64,000 nt of DNA from Phycisphaerae bacterium (GTDB lineage: Bacteria; Planctomycetota; Phycisphaerae; WQYP01), in assembly GCA_035504095.1 (NCBI GenBank), contig DATJSN010000092.1:68845-132844 (forward strand), read 5' to 3'. The position numbers and the translations under genes are program-made. Shown here one piece after another: positions 9,613 through 20,158 of this stretch. The notes under the pieces were generated by a model that was given only the letters and a program-made list of their open reading frames with translations, searched no databases and was not told where the DNA came from. Each line of letters begins with the position of its first letter. The stretch's first letter is position 1.

Positions 9613-10530
9613 ATGAAAAAGCAATCCCCGGCATTGGATTTAACCACCTACCTACTGGCGCGCTGGGCGGTCATGATGCTCGGGTTTTTCCCCGTGAACG
9701 CCAATCTCGCTACGGCGCGGGCTTTTGGTTCGCTTCTCTGGACGTTTGATAAAAAGCATCGCAACCGGGCCATGGAAAATATCACCCGAAGTTTCCCGGA
9801 TATGCCGCGCCACGAAGTGGAGAGAATCGCCCGGCGGTCAATCGAACATTTTTGCGAACTGGCCATGGATGTGATGTTTACCACGCGAATCATCAACGCG
9901 GAAACCTGGCATCATTATGTGCATCCGAAGAATTTCCAGGCCGTGCTGGATATTATCCTGCACGGCAAGGGAGCCATCATGCTCACCGGCCATTACGGCA
10001 ATTGGGAAATTCTGGGCTATACGCTGGCCACGCTGGGCATACGATCCTACAACATCGCCCGGCCGATTGATAATCGATACTTTGATGCCTGGGTGCTTGG
10101 CGTCAGGGAGAAAAAGGGACAGATCATTCTTTCCAAGCGCGGCGTAACCACCACCGCCCAGGAAGTTCTGGAGAATAAGGAAATTCTGGGGTTAACCGCC
10201 GATCAGAATGCCGGTCCCAAGGGAATGTTTGTGCCGTTTTTCGGCAGAATGGCCAGCACGTACAAAAGCATCGGCCTGCTGGCGATTCAACATCAGGTAC
10301 CGGTAGTAATCGGTTATGCGCGGCGGCGCGGCAACAAGTTTGACTTTGATATGGGTGTACAGGATGTGATTTATCCGGAAGATTGGAAAAATCAGCCGGA
10401 TGAACTCTATTACATCACAGCCCGTTACACACGGGCCATTGAAATGATGGTCCGCGACGACCCAACACAATATTTATGGATTCATCGCCGCTGGAAAACA
10501 CGGCCCAAGGGAGAAGAAACGCCGGCCTGA
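9613..10530 (+). CDS. lipid A biosynthesis (LpxL/HtrB-family) lysophospholipid acyltransferase
   Basis: TGHYGNWE (H-x4-E/D) acyltransferase motif; size matches LpxL-like proteins. Confidence 0.7.
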   Translation: MKKQSPALDLTTYLLARWAVMMLGFFPVNANLATARAFGSLLWTFDKKHRNRAMENITRSFPDMPRHEVERIARRSIEHFCELAMDVMFTTRIINAETWHHYVHPKNFQAVLDIILHGKGAIMLTGHYGNWEILGYTLATLGIRSYNIARPIDNRYFDAWVLGVREKKGQIILSKRGVTTTAQEVLENKEILGLTADQNAGPKGMFVPFFGRMASTYKSIGLLAIQHQVPVVIGYARRRGNKFDFDMGVQDVIYPEDWKNQPDELYYITARYTRAIEMMVRDDPTQYLWIHRRWKTRPKGEETPA

Positions 10531-10557
10531 GCGCCGCGGGCAAACTGGTCGTCTTTC

Positions 10558-10761
10558 TTACGGTTTCTTCCGCTGGGCCACGGCCCCGAAGAAGGTCATA
10601 AACGCGCCGAAGAACAGCAGAAGAATTCCCCAATCGAGATCGGCGTTGATCTTCTGTGTGATATTTGGAATCACATTTTGCGGCGAAATGATGCCATAGA
10701 CGGTCAACACCAGACCGATGAGCAGAAAAAATATTCCAATGGGTAATCTTAAATCCATCAT
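10558..10761 (-). CDS. small two-helix membrane protein co-oriented with the symporter (DUF3311-like)
   Basis: 67-aa hydrophobic protein immediately downstream of the SSF transporter on the same strand. Confidence 0.35.
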   Translation of the reverse strand: MMDLRLPIGIFFLLIGLVLTVYGIISPQNVIPNITQKINADLDWGILLLFFGAFMTFFGAVAQRKKP

Positions 10762-10800
10762 AGATGGCTCCTAAAATTCAAAGAATTCAATATACGACAA

Positions 10801-12603
10801 TCACCAGAAAAGAATATTCAAAATGAGCGTCGCTAAAAATACCAACACGGCCAGAACAACAGGCTTCTTCCACCAGGGAAGAAGATGTTCGCCTTCGGGT
10901 TTGGGCGTAAGCTGGTAAACAAGTCCGACCATTTCCTTCTCGGGTTTTTTCTGGGTGAATAAGCTGACAATTATGGCTGCCGCTGCGCCATAAACAAAAG
11001 CCCAGAAAGCGCCCCAGAAATTACCGGCCTGATCGGTATTAAAGGTCAGATGCAAAGACGCCGATCCAAGATGAATGGTATAAGTTCGTAAAATCCAGTG
11101 AACCACGGCGGCGCCTGTGCCAAAGAGCAGGCCAAACACGCCACCCCATGGGGTTGTGAAAGTGGTGAACATGCCCAACAGAAAAACCGCGATAAGCGGA
11201 GCGTTTACAAAACCAAAAATGGTCTGCGTATATCCCATAATGCTGCTTTGACCTTCGGCTATATAAGCAAATCCGACGCTGATGAGCACGCCCACCACGG
11301 TCATGATTCGCCCGACATTCAGATAATGTTTGTCGGGAGCATTGGGACGGATGTAAGCGGCATAAAGGTCATAAGTAAACACAGTGTTGAATGCGGTCAC
11401 ATTGCCGGCCATGCCGGACATAAAGGAAGCCAATAGCGCCGTGAGCCCCAGCCCCAACATGCCTGCTGGGAAATATTTTCCCATCATCAATGGCAAAACG
11501 TTATCAATTTTCATGCCCGCCGGAACGGCGACTCCACCGGGCATGTGTGCGTTGCCCGGGAGAAGACCGGGAATAAGCGGAATGGCCAAAATTCCAGGAA
11601 GAATGACGACAAAGGGAAAGAGCATTTTCGGAATCGCCGCGATCAGCGGCGTGCGCTGGGCGTCATTCATATTTTTGGCGGCCAGTGTTCTCTGTACTAC
11701 GAGGAAATTGGTGCACCAATAAGAAAAGGCGAGTACAAAGCCCAGCCCAAGCACAAGCCCGGGCCAAGTAATTTGCATGGTATTATCGCTGGTGTTTCCC
11801 GTGCCGGTCCACGTAGTCAGGTAATGGGCCCCGGATAAGACATGTCCCCCAGGCACGGGAGATAGCTGCATACCGGTGAGTTTTTGCGTAAATACATGCC
11901 AGTCATTCCACAGGTTCATCCCGCCGCCGTTGGCGATCAGACCGATTATCACGATCGGAGCCGTGCCCAGTACAATCAGGAAAAACTGCAGCACCTCGTT
12001 GTAGATGCTCGCGGTTAAACCACCCATGGCTGTGTAAACCACCACGACCACCGCCGAAAGCGCGACGCTTGCGGTGAAGTTCCACCCCAACAGATCTGAA
12101 AAAACCAATCCCATCGCGTACATGCTGATGCCGGAAACAGCAGGAGTAAAAACCGCGAAAAATATGGCGTTAATGAAACGAGCGACTTCGTTATAGCGCT
12201 TTTTGAGGAACTCCGGCACACTGCGCACTTTGCTGCCGTAATAGAACGGCATCATAAATACGCCCATGAAGATCATGGCCGGAATAGCGGCGATCCAGTA
12301 AAAATTGGCCGTCATCATGCCATATTGATAACCTGAAGTCGCCATGCCCATGACTTCCAGGGCGCCTAAATTGGCGGAAATGAAGGCCAGGCCGGTGATC
12401 CAGGCCGGAATGCTGCGGCCGGAAAGGAAAAAGTCTTCACTGGTCTGATGGCCTTTGCCGGTGATGAAACCGATGGCAAGCACAAAAAGCAGATAGATCA
12501 ACAAAATGACGATGTCTACCGCATGAATATGCAGAAGGGGACCTGATGAAATCGGAACTGGTGTTTGCGCGATCAGATTTCCCAGCATGAATGAAATGTT
12601 CAT
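10801..12603 (-). CDS. sodium:solute symporter family (SSF) transporter
   Basis: 600-aa polytopic membrane protein with the typical SSF N-terminal region (GRSIPAWITGLAFISANLGALE...). Confidence 0.8.
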   Translation of the reverse strand: MNISFMLGNLIAQTPVPISSGPLLHIHAVDIVILLIYLLFVLAIGFITGKGHQTSEDFFLSGRSIPAWITGLAFISANLGALEVMGMATSGYQYGMMTANFYWIAAIPAMIFMGVFMMPFYYGSKVRSVPEFLKKRYNEVARFINAIFFAVFTPAVSGISMYAMGLVFSDLLGWNFTASVALSAVVVVVYTAMGGLTASIYNEVLQFFLIVLGTAPIVIIGLIANGGGMNLWNDWHVFTQKLTGMQLSPVPGGHVLSGAHYLTTWTGTGNTSDNTMQITWPGLVLGLGFVLAFSYWCTNFLVVQRTLAAKNMNDAQRTPLIAAIPKMLFPFVVILPGILAIPLIPGLLPGNAHMPGGVAVPAGMKIDNVLPLMMGKYFPAGMLGLGLTALLASFMSGMAGNVTAFNTVFTYDLYAAYIRPNAPDKHYLNVGRIMTVVGVLISVGFAYIAEGQSSIMGYTQTIFGFVNAPLIAVFLLGMFTTFTTPWGGVFGLLFGTGAAVVHWILRTYTIHLGSASLHLTFNTDQAGNFWGAFWAFVYGAAAAIIVSLFTQKKPEKEMVGLVYQLTPKPEGEHLLPWWKKPVVLAVLVFLATLILNILFW

Positions 12604-12854
12604 CCTTATTCACTCCACGAAGAAACAGAATTGGTTTTGCAACACTACTTTTACGGCTATTCCCCGCACCGCCATGCGGAGAATAGCCGCGATGTTAGCA
12701 AATCATGGCTAAACGTCAATGAACAATTTTGCACCCGTTAGCGATACCCAACCGTACCCTAACGGGGTGAATATGCTTTTTATCGCGGGATATTTTGCAC
12801 TTTTTATTTGCGCCGGGTTGAACTCGCCGGCCCCGGAGTTTATGAAGGGGTGAT

Positions 12855-13244
12855 ATGAACATCGCCCGCATCGACCATTTTGTCCTCACGGTGGCATCGA
12901 TTGACGCGACGTGCGCTTTTTATTCACGAGCCTTGGGGATGCAAGTGATAACGTTTGGCAGTGGACGAAAAGCATTGGCTTTCGGAAACCAGAAGATCAA
13001 CTTGCATCAGCGCGGGCAGGAGTTTAACCCCAAGGCGAAAGTTCCTACTCCCGGTTCCGCGGATTTCTGCCTGATCAGTGACGTACCCATTGCTGAAATT
13101 GTGGAACATCTAAAATCGATTGGCGTATCCATCGAAGAAGGTCCGGTTGCGCGTTCCGGATCGCTTGGTCCAATGACTTCGATTTACATCCGCGACCTCG
13201 ATGGCAACCTCGTGGAAATCTCCAATTACCCACAAGAGAAATAG
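12855..13244 (+). CDS. VOC/glyoxalase-bleomycin resistance family protein
   Basis: [23 protein letters not shown] is a typical VOC N-terminus; 129 aa. Confidence 0.7.
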   Translation: MNIARIDHFVLTVASIDATCAFYSRALGMQVITFGSGRKALAFGNQKINLHQRGQEFNPKAKVPTPGSADFCLISDVPIAEIVEHLKSIGVSIEEGPVARSGSLGPMTSIYIRDLDGNLVEISNYPQEK

Positions 13245-13281
13245 TGATTCCGGCTTTTTAGGTTCTTTGGGCGATTTTTAG

Positions 13282-13765
13282 CTAGCTAAGGCTGGCCAAC
13301 TTCCCCAGTTTTCCCGCCCGAACATCCGCCATTGCCTGACGAATTTCCTCCGGCGAGTTCATCACAAACGGACCGTATGTAACCACAGGTTCATCAATAG
13401 GCTGACCACCCAAAACAAGAAGTTCCGCATCTACCTGCGCTTCAACGATTACGCCATCGCCCTGGCGTTCCAATAACGCCAGTTCCCGTTCACTCGCCGT
13501 GTGCGTCCCGCCCAGCCGGACCTGACCAGTGCGTACAAAGACCGCTGAATTAAAGCCATCCGGAATGAGTAATTTTACCTGGGCGCCTTTGCGAAGGCTT
13601 ACGTCCCACAAAATCACCGGCGTGACTGTTCGTGCCGCGCCCAAGTTTGAATCAAATTCCCCCGCGATGATCCGCGCGCTACCGGCGTTGTCGGGCAATT
13701 GGACCGTTGGAATCGCATCGCGCAACAGAGTTTGGTAGCGCGGCGGCGTCATCTTAAATTTTGCG
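13282..13765 (-). pseudogene. 5'-truncated pirin paralog fragment (C-terminal half only)
   Basis: DNA 13320-13765 is ~97% identical to 15245-15690, the 3' half of the intact pirin gene. The N-terminal ~40 aa of the ORF (13766-13899) are unrelated sequence. Confidence 0.65.
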
Positions 13766-14008
13766 GGCAGATTCCTATAGCACCTGAACCTGCTTCGCTG
13801 GAGCTGCTTGTCGGAGGATCTGTGCTGATGCTTTTTCGCCTCCGGCGTTTGGCCGGGTAAATCGGCTCGAGAAAAGTTTTTCGTGTCCCAGAGGACCATC
13901 GATTCCCGTCTTCAAAGATGTCATTCGAATTTTGACGCTTGATCTCCTTAATAATTCCGCTCGCGAGGTGCTTCGGTTAAATTCTCATTTAAATTTGATG
14001 ATTACTGT

Positions 14009-15157
14009 ATGCTGTTGTCAATGTTTGATAACGTTCAGACAACATCGAAAAAGATTCAAACGCCCGAAACCGAACCAGAGCAGAAAACGCCTGCCCATAC
14101 CAGTTCGGAAGTTGAGGCCAGAGCCGTATGGCTGGAACGCATTGATCCTGGTGCTCATCGCCGCATCAAAGGATTGCGTCTGGTTACCGCGTATGGAATC
14201 GCGGCCATGCTGGGCACCCTTCTGGGTGTAACATATGGTTTTCCCGGCGGTCCCTTACTGGGTTATCTTGCCGGGGGTTTTGCATTATGGGCAAGCGTTT
14301 CAGAAGGTCGGTCGACAAGATATTTATCCAGCCGCGACCTTGTAATATTGACCATGGCCGGGGCCTTGGGCGCGATCTCGATGATCTGCTTGGCGCCGCT
14401 GCTGAGCGGCAAAGACCGGCCTGGACCCGAATTGACGTTCGTGATCGGCGCTTTTCTCGTGGGCTACTTAAAGCGATTCGGGATTCTTGGTGCGGGAATC
14501 GGTTCACAAATCTATATTGGGCAATTTCTTGCCTATCAATATGGATTAACTTTCGCGGATCTGTCAACAATTCTACTGGCTGAACTGGTTGCTTTGGTAG
14601 CGGCGGTTGTCCCGCGGTTGCTCAGTGGTCCGGCGGAACATCCGGCAAGTATATTATCAATCTCGGTCGTCAATGGCGGCGGACTGCCGCAGGAACTTCG
14701 TATGGGATTGCAGGCAGGTGCTGCCGCTCTTGCGATTGTCCTGCTCGGCAATATCGTGAACCTGAAAGAATCCGCGTGGGCCATCACGGCATGTACGTAT
14801 GTCATCGCGGGCTCCGCGATCGGCACGATGAGCCGGGTTCTTCAACGCGTCGTAGGAACATTGATTGGCGTACCGCTTGGCATTGCCTGTCTGCCAATTA
14901 CCGAACACGCAGTTCCCCTGGCCTGGATGTTGGCGGCGGCGGCCATGATCATTTATTCCATGGCGTTGCCTGACCGTTACGACATTGCTTGTGGAGCGTA
15001 TGCCTTCGCATTGATGGTGACACTGGCATTGGGTGGGCAACATTCGGAAGCCCTGCTGGCGGCGCGCATCTGGGAAACTATTCTCGGAGCAACGCTTGGA
15101 TTTGCTGCCGCGACATTTATTCTGCCGCTTCGAACCTCCCGCCCAATAAGCAGTTGA
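14009..15157 (+). CDS. FUSC-like / aromatic acid exporter family inner membrane protein
   Basis: 382-aa protein with many Gly/Ala-rich TM helices; inserted between the pirin fragment and the intact pirin. Confidence 0.45.
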   Translation: MLLSMFDNVQTTSKKIQTPETEPEQKTPAHTSSEVEARAVWLERIDPGAHRRIKGLRLVTAYGIAAMLGTLLGVTYGFPGGPLLGYLAGGFALWASVSEGRSTRYLSSRDLVILTMAGALGAISMICLAPLLSGKDRPGPELTFVIGAFLVGYLKRFGILGAGIGSQIYIGQFLAYQYGLTFADLSTILLAELVALVAAVVPRLLSGPAEHPASILSISVVNGGGLPQELRMGLQAGAAALAIVLLGNIVNLKESAWAITACTYVIAGSAIGTMSRVLQRVVGTLIGVPLGIACLPITEHAVPLAWMLAAAAMIIYSMALPDRYDIACGAYAFALMVTLALGGQHSEALLAARIWETILGATLGFAAATFILPLRTSRPISS

Positions 15158-15208
15158 TTGGCATGGATTTGTTTTCAATGCCTTTTCCTTCACGGTATCT
15201 TTGTGCCG

Positions 15209-16093
15209 TTAATCCAGACTGCCCAGCTTCCCGGAATGAACATCCGCCATCGCCTGACGAATTTCCTCCGGCGTGTTCATCACAAATGGACCGTATGCAA
15301 CCACAGGTTCATCAATAGGCTGACCACCTAAAACCAAAATCTGCGCATCTTCCTGCGCTTCAACGATTACGCCATCGCCCTGGCGTTCCAATAACACCAG
15401 TTCCCGTTCATTCGCCGTGTGCGTCCCGCCCAGCCGGACCTGACCAGTGCGTACAAAGACCGCTGAATTAAAGCCATCCGGAATGGGTAATTTTACCTGG
15501 GCGCCTTTGCGAAGACTTACGTCCCACAAAATCACCGGCGTGACTGTTCGTGCCGCGCCGGGGTTTGAATCAAATTCCCCCGCGATGATCCGAGCGCTAC
15601 CGGCGTTGTCGGGCAATTGGACCACTGGAATCGCATCGCGCAACAGAGTTTGGTAGCGCGGCGGCGTCATCTTAAATTTTGCGGGCAGATTCACCCAAAG
15701 TTGGATTACTTCAAACGCACCACCCCGGCGGGTGAAATCGCGCGAGTGTTTTTCTTCATGTAATACGCCCGAAGCCGCGGTCATCCACTGCACGTCTCCC
15801 GGCCCGATGCTTCCGCTGTTGCCGCCGGAGTCCCGGTGTTCAAGTTCTCCCTGATAAACCACGGTCACGGTTTCAAATCCGCGATGCGGATGCGAATCCA
15901 CGCCGCGCGGCCGGTCCGCAGGCTCAAATTCAACCGGGCCCGCATAGTCCATCAGGATAAATGGGCTTAGGCGGTTCCCAACGTTCTGTGGGGATACTAT
16001 GGTACTGACCGGAAAACCGTCGCCCACCCAATGGGCGTCGGAATTGGTCAGGACGGCTTCGACTTTCTTTAAGTTGTTCATAACAACCTCCAA
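15209..16093 (-). CDS. pirin family protein (bicupin)
   Basis: 294 aa with cupin His/Glu motifs (HPHRGFETVTVV...); divergent from an HxlR regulator. Confidence 0.8.
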   Translation of the reverse strand: MEVVMNNLKKVEAVLTNSDAHWVGDGFPVSTIVSPQNVGNRLSPFILMDYAGPVEFEPADRPRGVDSHPHRGFETVTVVYQGELEHRDSGGNSGSIGPGDVQWMTAASGVLHEEKHSRDFTRRGGAFEVIQLWVNLPAKFKMTPPRYQTLLRDAIPVVQLPDNAGSARIIAGEFDSNPGAARTVTPVILWDVSLRKGAQVKLPIPDGFNSAVFVRTGQVRLGGTHTANERELVLLERQGDGVIVEAQEDAQILVLGGQPIDEPVVAYGPFVMNTPEEIRQAMADVHSGKLGSLD

Positions 16094-16136
16094 TCTGAGG
16101 TCATTATATACACGTCTAATACATACATTATTGCCC

Positions 16137-16160
16137 TATACTATCCTTTATGATAGTATA
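16137..16160. promoter_or_regulatory. perfect 9-bp inverted repeat TATACTATC-N6-GATAGTATA, a candidate HxlR operator in the pirin/hxlR divergent promoter
   Basis: Read directly from the sequence; lies 17 bp upstream of the HxlR ATG. Confidence 0.4.
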
Positions 16161-16176
16161 AATATTGAGGTTCTTT

Positions 16177-16515
16177 ATGGCCAAGCCGCAAAAGTTAGTA
16201 AGTTGTCCGGTCGAATCGACGCTCCACGTGATCGGTGGAAAATGGAAAGTGCTGGTAATTTACCAGTTGCTGGGAAACACCCGGCGATTCAATGAACTCC
16301 ACAGGCTTTTGCGCAGCGTTTCACCGCGTACGCTTGCCAAACAATTGCGCCAACTCGAACACGACGGCGTGGTTCGGCGAAAGGTTTATCCGGAAATCCC
16401 GCCCCATGTCGAATATTCATTGACTCCGCTGGGCAAAAGCCTGGAACCCATCCTCATGGCGATGGATAAATGGGCTGAGGCGTTTTCACATCGTGTTCCC
16501 ACTCGTGAAGATTAA
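16177..16515 (+). CDS. HxlR-family winged-helix transcriptional regulator
   Basis: CPVESTLHVIGGKWKVLVIYQL...HVEYSLTPLG is classic HxlR. ATG at 16177 is preferred over the TTG at 16165. Confidence 0.8.
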   Translation: MAKPQKLVSCPVESTLHVIGGKWKVLVIYQLLGNTRRFNELHRLLRSVSPRTLAKQLRQLEHDGVVRRKVYPEIPPHVEYSLTPLGKSLEPILMAMDKWAEAFSHRVPTRED

Positions 16516-16552
16516 TCAGCCTTGGAGGACGATCCTTATTGGATGATTATCT

Positions 16553-17656
16553 CTATTCCCGATCCAAAAACTCTCCCGCGGTATCGAGCGCTAAATCCAG
16601 GCCTGTATCCGGCAACTTTAAAATCGCCGCGGCGCATTGGCGAACGCGATCTTTAAGCGCTTCATCCGTGATATATTCAACGGGCGATTTGCCGTCTATG
16701 CGCGCCAGCATTAAAGCCCCCAACACCCGCCCCGCCGACGAAGTAACTTCCTTCGCAATGGGTTTAGTCGCCCGCGCCTGATAGATATGCCAGAAGCCGT
16801 CCGCAGCCAGCATGAATCGCCGCCAGTGTTGGCCATGGTGAAAACCTTTCAGCAGCAGATGATTAATCAGCGTGGCCGCATCAAATGATGGATGGCCGTA
16901 GAAATTCACTTCAAAATCCAGCAGCATCAACCTGATCGACTGGTCCGGTTCCGGTATCACAAGCATATTTTTAGGCGAATAATCGCCGTGAATCAGACAG
17001 ATTGGATTCTTTAATAATAGATCACTTACTTTTGCCAATTCATCCGCGAGTTCCGGATGCTTTTGCGCCGTGAAATTCAGATAGGGATTGATGCGCTGTT
17101 GGATGAACAGGCGCGGCTCGCCGAAGCGATCGGAAAATGCCTTCTGCCCCGCAGTCCCGGCATGCATGGCCGCCAGGAACCGCGCGGCGGCTTCAAAGCA
17201 GCGCTTATCTACGCGGCCGGCCAGCAATTCCGACTTCCAGTTCAACGCCCCCGCCGGCGCTGCGGAAACAGCCAGTATAAAATTATCCTCATCGCTCCAG
17301 AGCACTTCGGGAATACCGCCGGCGGGAACTGTTTTTACCAGCATTTGTAACGCGTCGCGCTCGACCCAAATGCGGTCGCGATCTACAAACCATTCAGCTT
17401 TCGTCCGAAATTTTTCCAGCGGCTGCTTGATGACAAAGCACCGCCCTTCGCGCATGCGTTTATCGGGTACGCCTCGTTTTTTCTGGCTTTCCGTGCGCAT
17501 GTCCGTGCCCAGCGGCTCGCCGTAATCCACATCCATGATTTTCAGCACAATTCCCGCGACCCCGCCGGAGAGGGATTTCACCAGAACCTCTCCATTGCCC
17601 ACAGCGCCGCGCTTGCGGAGGTATTCGACAACATTCATTTCTGTCAGTTCGATCAT
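16553..17656 (-). CDS. phosphotransferase (APH/choline-kinase-like) family protein
   Basis: LIHGDYSPKNMLV catalytic loop and DFE motif; 367 aa. Confidence 0.55.
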   Translation of the reverse strand: MIELTEMNVVEYLRKRGAVGNGEVLVKSLSGGVAGIVLKIMDVDYGEPLGTDMRTESQKKRGVPDKRMREGRCFVIKQPLEKFRTKAEWFVDRDRIWVERDALQMLVKTVPAGGIPEVLWSDEDNFILAVSAAPAGALNWKSELLAGRVDKRCFEAAARFLAAMHAGTAGQKAFSDRFGEPRLFIQQRINPYLNFTAQKHPELADELAKVSDLLLKNPICLIHGDYSPKNMLVIPEPDQSIRLMLLDFEVNFYGHPSFDAATLINHLLLKGFHHGQHWRRFMLAADGFWHIYQARATKPIAKEVTSSAGRVLGALMLARIDGKSPVEYITDEALKDRVRQCAAAILKLPDTGLDLALDTAGEFLDRE

Positions 17657-18030
17657 ATTCTTCCCGGCAACTGACGGATTTTTACCCGCCCCCTGGTGAT
17701 TGTGTACAACCGCCGCGGCGCCAGACGCGGATAGCGTTCAAAAAGCCTGTCCATGGCAGTGGCCGGATCCACGCCGGAGTCACCTTGTAAAAAAACGATG
17801 CAGTTTGGAAAACTAAGCTTAAGTTCATAAACAGCCTGAACCAGATCGCGATCGGTGGTAAGAAGGTTCCACTGGCGAGTGGTGAGATGTTTGAGAAGAT
17901 CTTCCGGCAAAAGGGTATCCGGAGCCAGTGCAACTTCGGCCAGGTCAGTATGGGTGTGAACCGTATGGCCATGGCGCTGCAACGCGCCGGCCAGCTCACG
18001 ACCCCCGGAATGAACGAAAAACTGCATCAA
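17653..18030 (-). CDS. hypothetical protein (possibly PIN-like/DUF5615)
   Basis: 125-aa ORF overlapping the neighbouring gene by 4 bp. Confidence 0.3.
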   Translation of the reverse strand: MMQFFVHSGGRELAGALQRHGHTVHTHTDLAEVALAPDTLLPEDLLKHLTTRQWNLLTTDRDLVQAVYELKLSFPNCIVFLQGDSGVDPATAMDRLFERYPRLAPRRLYTITRGRVKIRQLPGRI

Positions 18031-18035
18031 AATCC

Positions 18036-18926
18036 TTATGTTTTAAGCAACTCTGCCGCCGTCAGTGCCTGGACCGCAAGTTTAACATTATGTACGCGAT
18101 GAATCAGAACGCCTTGCGAGGCCAGAAGCGCGGTAACGATTGCCGTAGCCTGATCGCGGGTCGACCAATCACTTTGTTGCGATTCGTGCGCTTCACCGCA
18201 CAAATCGGTCAGGAAACGTTTGCGCGACACACCCACCAAAACCGAATAACCCGTGCGAACGAGCTGCGTGATGCCGGAAAGTAATTTCCAATTATCCGCC
18301 GCGGTTTTTCCAAAGCCGATGCCCGGATCCAGAAAAATATTCTCGCGTGCTATTCCCGCTGCTTCTGCGGCGCCGGCGCGATGCCGGAGATAACCAAAAA
18401 CCTCAGCACAAACATCCTGATAAACCCCGGGCGGCTGACCGGGTTGCTCCATACGGCTGTGCATCAGAACAATTGGACAAGAGTGCGCGGCGGTCAGGGG
18501 AAACATTTCCTGATCGTGCGTTCCTGCGGAAACATCATTGATTATATCCGCGCCAGCATCGAGCGCAGCTCGGGCTACTTTGGCGCTGCGCGTATCGACG
18601 CTGATGGTCACGGGCCGATAAGAATTGTTGTCCATAACCCCTTGCCTGCGGACTCCGGCGATTACGGGAACAACCCGCTGAATCTGCACTGATGGTTCGA
18701 CCGGTACAATGCCGGGCCGATGAAACGATGTGGCCTCACCGCCGACGTCGACGATCGCCGCCCCATCAGCGGCAAGTTCACGGGCATGCTGGATGGTGGC
18801 GCTGTAATCAACATCGGTATTTTCAGTGCGCGAAGAGATAAAACGCCCTCCGTCGCTGAAACTGTCGGGGGTGACGTTCAGAACGCCCATAATCACCGGT
18901 CGGGTTAGATTAAGTTTTGCACTCAT
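18036..18926 (-). CDS. folP: dihydropteroate synthase
   Basis: GVLNVTPDSFSDGG pterin-binding motif. Confidence 0.85.
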   Translation of the reverse strand: MSAKLNLTRPVIMGVLNVTPDSFSDGGRFISSRTENTDVDYSATIQHARELAADGAAIVDVGGEATSFHRPGIVPVEPSVQIQRVVPVIAGVRRQGVMDNNSYRPVTISVDTRSAKVARAALDAGADIINDVSAGTHDQEMFPLTAAHSCPIVLMHSRMEQPGQPPGVYQDVCAEVFGYLRHRAGAAEAAGIARENIFLDPGIGFGKTAADNWKLLSGITQLVRTGYSVLVGVSRKRFLTDLCGEAHESQQSDWSTRDQATAIVTALLASQGVLIHRVHNVKLAVQALTAAELLKT

Positions 18927-19019
18927 GGGAAAACATGATAGCTGTTTTAGGCCATAGGGTAGAGGCCACAGTAGGGATCAGAGGATAGGCGACAGGTTAC
19001 AGTTGAAGGAAAAACAATA

Positions 19020-19805
19020 TCAGGCAGAACGTAAATACCGCTGAATCTTTTCCAGAGACTGGGCGATGCATTCCTGGCGCGGGTTTACAGCCAGTGATTT
19101 TTCATAGCAGCGAGCGGCGTCAGTCATATTGCCAATGTGCGCATAACAGTGCCCCATTCCGGCCATCGCGCCGAAATGTTGTGGCATCAGACTCAGCACA
19201 CGCCGGCAATCACGGATGGACTCGTCGTAACGTTCCTCAAGATAGTAAGCAATGGCGCGCTGGTTGAACGCTTCGGAAAATCCGGGGTCGGCTTCAATAG
19301 CCAGAGAAAATTTTTCAATCGCGGTTTCGAAATTGTTGTGCTTGAGATGATCCAACCCGCACTTCAGGTGATTTAAACTTCGGCCCTTGCCGGAACGGAA
19401 CCAGATTCCCCAAAGGGCATGTTCCGCGGCTTCATTAACCGTCGCATCAGCATCGTGCAGCGCAGCGGCCAGCGGTTTGACCGCGCCCAAATCCCCAACC
19501 AATGAGAGCGACAATGCCGTGAGCCGGCGTACGGCGGCGTCTTTATCTTCCAGCAAAGCAACAAGTTTTTCCTGCGGCCAACTACTTAAAAGAATGTCCA
19601 CCGCGCCCTGGAGTTTGGCGCCGCCGAGCAAATGCTGCAATTCGCGCATGAAACGCGCGGATTCAGAAGAGCCTTTTTTAGGATTCGGATCGGGCATATA
19701 TGGGCCTCCAAGCCGTATAGCTTGTCCGCCCGCAGGAATTTCGTCTTTGCCGTACTTCCCTAAGGCCACGCGGGCGTAATCCACCCTCAAAGCCCCAGTC
19801 GTCAT
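19020..19805 (-). CDS. TPR/HEAT repeat protein
   Basis: Repeated A-x-x-x-Y/L helical hairpin motifs (AIAYYLEERYDESI...). Confidence 0.5.
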   Translation of the reverse strand: MTTGALRVDYARVALGKYGKDEIPAGGQAIRLGGPYMPDPNPKKGSSESARFMRELQHLLGGAKLQGAVDILLSSWPQEKLVALLEDKDAAVRRLTALSLSLVGDLGAVKPLAAALHDADATVNEAAEHALWGIWFRSGKGRSLNHLKCGLDHLKHNNFETAIEKFSLAIEADPGFSEAFNQRAIAYYLEERYDESIRDCRRVLSLMPQHFGAMAGMGHCYAHIGNMTDAARCYEKSLAVNPRQECIAQSLEKIQRYLRSA

Positions 19806-19906
19806 TTACGCCGCTAAAACGGGCATTTTTGTTCGCCAGGGCCTCATATCATGTTATGCAACATCAATGGTGTCAGACAATAAAGTTTTTAATACCCGAG
19901 AGTTTT

Positions 19907-20158
19907 TTAGTACCCGCCAATACCCGTGCCGCTGTTAACCGGCGGCGCGACGAATCCGCTATCGTTAAATTCTCCCTGGTTAGATTGCTCAATAGGCTGG
20001 GGATCAGGGAAGTAGAGTGCTTTATCCTCTGCCTGAGGAGCATTTGGATCGGCAAAAAGGTTGTCGCTACAGCCGCTTAACATGCCTGCGGTTAAGACGG
20101 CAAACAGCAGGACAAAAACCGCCATGCGGCATCTATATTTGTGAAGTAGACCGCTCAT
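19907..20158 (-). CDS. small lipoprotein
   Basis: VFVLLFAVLTAGMLSGCSDN signal peptide with lipobox. Confidence 0.4.
   Translation of the reverse strand: MSGLLHKYRCRMAVFVLLFAVLTAGMLSGCSDNLFADPNAPQAEDKALYFPDPQPIEQSNQGEFNDSGFVAPPVNSGTGIGGY

Noticed and set aside
13766-13899. N-terminal 44 aa of the ORF 13282-13899 as part of a functional pirin
   Set aside because: Sequence similarity to the intact pirin stops at ~13765. The upstream residues are unrelated, and the cupin N-domain is missing, so I call it a pseudogene fragment.
14657-15193. 178-aa minus-strand Arg/Cys-rich ORF overlapping the FUSC-like gene
   Set aside because: Antisense shadow ORF with low-complexity composition.
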